DNA of 58,775 bases from an uncultured bacterium (GTDB lineage: Bacteria > Verrucomicrobiota > Verrucomicrobiia > Limisphaerales > JACDHS01): the NCBI GenBank assembly GCA_966112985.1, contig CBHWET010000002.1, positions 1-58,775 on the forward strand. The letters are read 5' to 3'. The position numbers and the translations under genes were made by a program. Within the stretch, counting starts at the first letter, position 1. Each line of letters begins with the position of its first letter. Positions 54,711-58,775 of the stretch are shown here, one piece after another. The notes under the pieces were generated by a model that searched no databases, was not told the origin of the DNA, and worked only from the letters and a program-made list of their open reading frames with translations.

Positions 54711-54949
54711 GATTAACCGTTTGCACTCTCAACTTTAACGACGGCGCTAGTCTCTCTGGCAGCGTATCTGTCGCGTCTCCGCAGTCAGAGGGGGTGATCG
54801 CCTATACCGGCAGCGTCGATCGTTTACCGCGGCGATACAAACGCGGCGACGGTACCGATCTGAAAGCTCTGTTCACCGTCCTGGCTAACGAGCTGGGCGC
54901 GGATCTGCAAGTTCAGGAATCCGGAGAGTATGACTATTACGCCGTATGA
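54707..54949 (+). CDS. 80-aa protein translationally coupled to the MuF fusion
   Basis: ATGA overlap with the MuF fusion gene. It is the last gene of the early arm. Confidence 0.45.
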   Translation: MRLTVCTLNFNDGASLSGSVSVASPQSEGVIAYTGSVDRLPRRYKRGDGTDLKALFTVLANELGADLQVQESGEYDYYAV

Positions 54950-55014
54950 TCTCTGCACTCGATTTTCCTACCTTCTTCAGCCTGGCTGCAGACGATCTGC
55001 AATGCCTGGGAAAA

Positions 55015-55024
55015 ACCCTTTTCA
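55015..55024 (-). repeat. inverted copy of TGAAAAGGGT; candidate right end (…CA-3')
   Basis: acccttttca is the exact reverse complement of 13248-13257. Confidence 0.45.
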
Positions 55025-55165
55025 TGTATTTTGCGGGCGTCGTTTTCCCGGCTGTTTTTCAGATCTCCCAGGGCGGCGCTGTATTCTGTAGCAAGTGCCT
55101 GTCTTTCGGGCTCTTTCAGGGTATTTAGCTGTCTTTCAGGCTTTTCTCGTGGTCGTGATAAACGT

Positions 55166-55452
55166 TCCAATATCCTTAATTCCACGGTTGCAGCGGCGAT
55201 AAACGTTCCGATGACGCCATTTCCACCGTGGAAATGGAGATATTTGATCCGATATCGGCATTTCCACGCTGGAAACGGGAATATCCAATCCGATATCGCT
55301 GTTTCCGGAATGGAAATTCCGATAAACGTTCCGAAATCCCCATTTCCAGCGTTGCAGCGCCGATAAATGAACCGATATCGCGATTTCCAGCGTGGAAATG
55401 GCGTCATCGGAACGTTTATCCCCATTTCCAGCGTGGAATTTTGGATATCTGA
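55166..55452. repeat. tandem array of seven 41-bp imperfect palindromes
   Basis: The palindrome centres lie at 55186, 55227, 55268, 55309, 55350, 55391 and 55432, exactly 41 bp apart. The consensus is tccgatatcgccatttccac-c-gtggaaatggcgatatcgga (20-1-20). There are no spacers between units. Confidence 0.9.
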
Positions 55453-55607
55453 ACGGATATGTCACTCGGTGAAAAGGAGTTACGTATCAAATTGCTGTTA
55501 ACGCTGGTTTTAGCTTTAGAAAGATTGCGCAATGCCGGGCACTGATGTTTTGACCGCATTTTTCATTTTGTTTTGCACTAAATTTTCGGTGGCCTTACGT
55601 TTTGTTT

Positions 55608-55874
55608 ATGCCGAACTCCTCGAGCAAAAAGAAAAAGGCAGTGATGATCGGATTGGGGTTGGATTCCGATGGTCATAAGCGCGTCACGACCGGTGACAAT
55701 TTCACACTGGTCGGAGGATCGAAGGATACGCACGCCGACATGACGGAGAAGGTTATTAAGATCAACGAAAAGCTTTCCAAAAAAGGCAAATCGCTCGAAC
55801 AGGTCAGCCGTGAAGAATTCGATGATATTGCACACTCCGTAGGCCTGCGACGGAATGAGCCGCAACGTAATTAG
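55608..55874 (+). CDS. small Lys-rich protein of unknown function
   Basis: 88 aa from the ATG at 55608 (the ORF-track start at 55602 is a TTG). Confidence 0.5.
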   Translation: MPNSSSKKKKAVMIGLGLDSDGHKRVTTGDNFTLVGGSKDTHADMTEKVIKINEKLSKKGKSLEQVSREEFDDIAHSVGLRRNEPQRN

Positions 55875-55949
55875 ATTTTGTTTTCTGGATTATACGTTTC
55901 AGATTCTGCGGGTTTGACGCATCACCGCATCGGCCTTAAGTAACTTCCT

Positions 55950-56777
55950 ATGGACGAAAAGCAGCTTTCGCCTCCGCCACCATTGCCGACGCATCCCGTG
56001 CCGCGTCAGGAGAAGCATTGGTTTAAGAGATTGCTGGCGCCATTCGCGTTCATTGGTGTGCTGCTTTTGAAGTTGAAGGGGCTTGCGATTCCGTTGCTCA
56101 AGTTTTTTCCGCTGTTATTTAAGACAGGCGGGACAATGCTGTTGACGATTGGCGTTTACGCCAGCATGTGGGGATGGAAATTCGCCGTTGGTTTCGTCTT
56201 GCTGATCTTTGTTCATGAGTGCGGGCATTTAGTGATTGCGCGATACTGGGGACTGCGTGTCGGGGCGCCGGTTTTCATTCCCTTCATGGGCGCGTTTATC
56301 GCACTGAAAGAAGCGCCGCGAAATGCGTGGATCGAGGCGCAGGTGGGTATCGGCGGACCCTTGCTCGGCACGCTTGCCGCCGCGCTGTGCTTTGGAATTT
56401 ATGAAGTCACAGACGTGAAGCTTTTCGCCGCCCTGGCATATGTAGGTTTTCTGCTGAACCTGTTCAACATGGCGCCGACCGGATTCCTTGACGGTGGGCG
56501 TATTGTGACGGCGTTATCTCCATGGCTTTGGGTAGTCGGTGCGGCTGTGATGGGCCTTATGCTAATCACGCATCCGTTAAATCCGATTTTGTGGCTCGTC
56601 TTTCTGTTCTCGCTGCCGCGGTTGTTTTCTTTGTTCCGCAAAAAGACTGACGAAGAGAAACGTTACTTCGAAGTCCGACCAGGCCATCGATTGCTCATGG
56701 GGGCGTTGTATTTCGGTTTGATCGTGTTTCTCGTGATCGGAATGTTTCTGGCCGAGACAGCCGCGCGTCATCACTAA
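55950..56777 (+). CDS. M50-family (site-2 protease-like) membrane metalloprotease
   Basis: HECGHLVIARYWG (HExxH within a transmembrane helix), a polytopic profile and a downstream NLFNMAPTGFLDGGR motif. Confidence 0.8.
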   Translation: MDEKQLSPPPPLPTHPVPRQEKHWFKRLLAPFAFIGVLLLKLKGLAIPLLKFFPLLFKTGGTMLLTIGVYASMWGWKFAVGFVLLIFVHECGHLVIARYWGLRVGAPVFIPFMGAFIALKEAPRNAWIEAQVGIGGPLLGTLAAALCFGIYEVTDVKLFAALAYVGFLLNLFNMAPTGFLDGGRIVTALSPWLWVVGAAVMGLMLITHPLNPILWLVFLFSLPRLFSLFRKKTDEEKRYFEVRPGHRLLMGALYFGLIVFLVIGMFLAETAARHH

Positions 56778-56842
56778 ACTTTTGCATCTTCACGCCGAAT
56801 GCGTAAATTAGCCGATTGTTCTAATCGCCAGATTCGCAGTCC

Positions 56843-58775
56843 ATGTCGAAAGATTTCATCAAAATAGGCGGCGCGCGTGAGCATAACCTGAAGAATCTCA
56901 CGCTCTCCATTCCGCGCGATAAGTTCGTGGTGATCACCGGGCCGAGCGGTTCGGGTAAATCGTCACTGGCTTTCGACACAATCTACGCGGAAGGCCAGCG
57001 CAAATACGTTGAATCCCTCTCAGCCTACGCGCGCCAGTTCCTCGACCAGATGCACAAGCCCGACATCGATTTCATCGAGGGCCTGTCGCCATCCATTGCG
57101 ATCGAACAAAGAATCTCTGGAACCAATCCGCGTTCGATCATCGCGACGACAACGGAGATTTACGATTACCTTCGTCTTTTGTTCGCGAATGTCGGACAGG
57201 CTCATGATCCAAAGACGGGCGATCCAGTCACGCAGCAGACAACGAGCGATATCGTCGATAAGATAATGACCTTGCCGCCGAAGACGCGCCTCATGCTGCT
57301 CGCGCCTGTGGTCAATAATCAGAAGGGAGAATTTCGCGACGTTATCGAACGGCTCGCTCGCGAAGGGTTTGTGCGCGCACGTGTGGATGGCGAATTGGTT
57401 GAGCTGGGCGCGAATGTGAGAATTAAGCTCGAGCCCAAGCAAAAACACACCATCGAAGTGGTGGTGGACCGTTTGGTTATCGATGACAAGATTCGCGTGC
57501 GCTTGAGCGATTCAGTCGAGACGTCATTGCGCTGGGGGGAAGGCAAGTTGCTCGTCCTGCACCAGGAACCCGGCGCCGATCAGAACACATGGGTGGAAAA
57601 CATTCATTCGAATCGGAATTTCAATCCAGCGACTGGATTTACGTTTGAGAAACTCACGCCGAAACATTTCTCGTTCAATTCACCAGCGGGAGCTTGTCCT
57701 GTTTGTCATGGGCTTGGCCAAAAGCTGGTTTTCGATGAGCAACTGATCGTTCCCGATCCGGAGAAGTCGTTGGAAGCGGGCGCGGTGCTGCCATGGCGAC
57801 GCGGCGGTAAACGCATGATCGTCTACTACAAGGCGATGCTTCGTGCTGTTGCCAACCACGCCGGCCAAAGCATGGAGACGCCATGGAAGGACCTGCCGGA
57901 GGAATTTAAGAAAACGTTGATGCGCGGCACGGGGGAAACCGAAGTGGAATTCACGTTCTGGCGCGCGGGCAAGGCGAGCAAGATCACACGGCCATTCGAG
58001 GGAATTATTCCAAACCTGGAACGCTTGTATGCCGAAAGCGAGAGCGAGTTCACGAGGAATCGTTTGAAAGGATTTATGAACCCGCAACCTTGCGACGGTT
58101 GCGATGGCAAACGGCTGAAGCCGGAAATTCTCGCTGTTACGCTTGGGGAAGCGCAACCGAACGGGAAAGGGAAAAAGGCTCCGCGCAAAATCCCGGGACT
58201 CTCGATCATGGATGTATGCGCCTTGTCGGTCGAAGATGCGGAACGTTTTTTTGCTGATTTAAAGCTGACCGATTTTCAACAGAAAGTTGCTGCTGAAGTG
58301 ATCAAGGAAGTGCGTTCGCGTTTGAGCTTCCTTCGGAATGTTGGACTGGGCTACCTGACGCTCGATCGCGAGAGCGGAACCTTGAGTGGTGGTGAGGCGC
58401 AACGCATTCGTCTTGCGACGCAGATTGGGGCAGGACTGGTCGGAGTTCTATATATTCTCGATGAGCCAAGCATTGGATTGCATCAACGCGACAATGAACG
58501 GCTTTTGAAGACGTTGGAGAATTTGCGTGAGCTCGGTAATTCGGTGCTCGTCGTCGAGCATGATGAAGACACGATTCGTCGGGCTGATTATGTATTAGAC
58601 CTCGGGCCGGGGGCCGGTGTTCGTGGCGGGGAATTGGTCGCTGCTGGAACGCTGGCGGAAGTCGAAAACAATCCGCGTTCCGTCACTGGGAAATATCTTC
58701 GCGGCGAGTTGAGTATCACGGTTCCAAAAAATCGAATTAAACCCACGCCGGAACGTGGTTGGTTGGAGATCCTCG
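56843..58775 (+). CDS. uvrA: excinuclease ABC subunit A (5' part, runs off the window)
   Basis: [55 protein letters not shown], the Zn modules CPVCHGLG and [22 protein letters not shown] and VVEHDEDTI. It is absent from the ORF track because there is no stop within the window. Confidence 0.95.
   Translation, partial: MSKDFIKIGGAREHNLKNLTLSIPRDKFVVITGPSGSGKSSLAFDTIYAEGQRKYVESLSAYARQFLDQMHKPDIDFIEGLSPSIAIEQRISGTNPRSIIATTTEIYDYLRLLFANVGQAHDPKTGDPVTQQTTSDIVDKIMTLPPKTRLMLLAPVVNNQKGEFRDVIERLAREGFVRARVDGELVELGANVRIKLEPKQKHTIEVVVDRLVIDDKIRVRLSDSVETSLRWGEGKLLVLHQEPGADQNTWVENIHSNRNFNPATGFTFEKLTPKHFSFNSPAGACPVCHGLGQKLVFDEQLIVPDPEKSLEAGAVLPWRRGGKRMIVYYKAMLRAVANHAGQSMETPWKDLPEEFKKTLMRGTGETEVEFTFWRAGKASKITRPFEGIIPNLERLYAESESEFTRNRLKGFMNPQPCDGCDGKRLKPEILAVTLGEAQPNGKGKKAPRKIPGLSIMDVCALSVEDAERFFADLKLTDFQQKVAAEVIKEVRSRLSFLRNVGLGYLTLDRESGTLSGGEAQRIRLATQIGAGLVGVLYILDEPSIGLHQRDNERLLKTLENLRELGNSVLVVEHDEDTIRRADYVLDLGPGAGVRGGELVAAGTLAEVENNPRSVTGKYLRGELSITVPKNRIKPTPERGWLEIL

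Larger units (their letters stand above)
13248..55024. mobile_element. Mu-like transposable prophage (about 41.8 kb) with divergent late (minus) and early (plus) arms
   Basis: A contiguous block of phage genes with a DDE transposase plus AAA+ partner, Gam-, gp27-, gp28-, portal-, G-, I- and MuF-like genes, and a repressor/operator switch. No integrase is present. The borders are set at the inverted TGAAAAGGGT...ACCCTTTTCA pair. No target-site duplication was found, so the borders are provisional. Confidence 0.6.

Noticed and set aside
55166-55452. Possible CRISPR array
   Set aside because: The units are contiguous, with no unique spacers. The repeats are degenerate and self-complementary along their whole length, and no cas genes are in the window.
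54937-55465. Three overlapping ORFs (54937-55425 minus, 55136-55465 minus, 55031-55452 plus) with repetitive FP.WK.RYR-type peptides
   Set aside because: They are translations of the 41-bp palindromic tandem array. The periodic peptide repeats mirror the DNA repeat on both strands, and they mutually overlap in several frames.
13100-55600. Integrase, excisionase-att or tRNA-type attachment site for the prophage
   Set aside because: No tyrosine or serine recombinase motif and no tRNA-like sequence were seen at either border. The only recombinase candidate is the DDE transposase, hence the transposable-phage interpretation.

Overview
The window holds a host chromosome segment, probably from the PVC superphylum (Verrucomicrobia-like; inferred from a Pirellula/Verrucomicrobium-type heme-binding protein and an RRM/RGG protein), interrupted by a prophage of about 42 kb. 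Left host flank (1-13.1 kb): a two-component cluster with one membrane histidine kinase and five REC-only proteins (one degenerate), an RRM RNA-binding protein, infA, thrS, a 1050-aa secreted HEAT/cytochrome c protein, an acyltransferase-like membrane protein and an SDR oxidoreductase. Prophage (about 13.25-55.02 kb): no integrase or tRNA attachment site. It carries a DDE transposase plus an AAA+ partner, Gam-like, gp27/gp28-like terminase, DUF935-like portal, G-, I- and MuF-like genes and a repressor/Ner-like switch, so I read it as a Mu-like transposable phage. The late arm runs leftward (36.98 to 13.37 kb) and the early arm rightward (39.45 to 54.95 kb). The head genes are Mu-type and the siphovirus tail resembles RcGTA g12-g15. 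Right host flank: a tandem array of seven exactly phased 41-bp palindromic units, a small ORF, an M50 metalloprotease and a 5'-partial uvrA that the ORF track misses. The most notable items are: an exact 10-mer TGAAAAGGGT at both candidate prophage ends and in a central non-coding gap; a repressor-linked four-gene operon; a displaced MuF-HExxH fusion with a coupled small ORF; a minimal Pol X-like enzyme beside a ParB/DGQHR-DnaA-domain-IV-like fusion; and a -1 frameshift site in the tail chaperone. All family assignments rest on motif recognition by eye, because no searches could be run.
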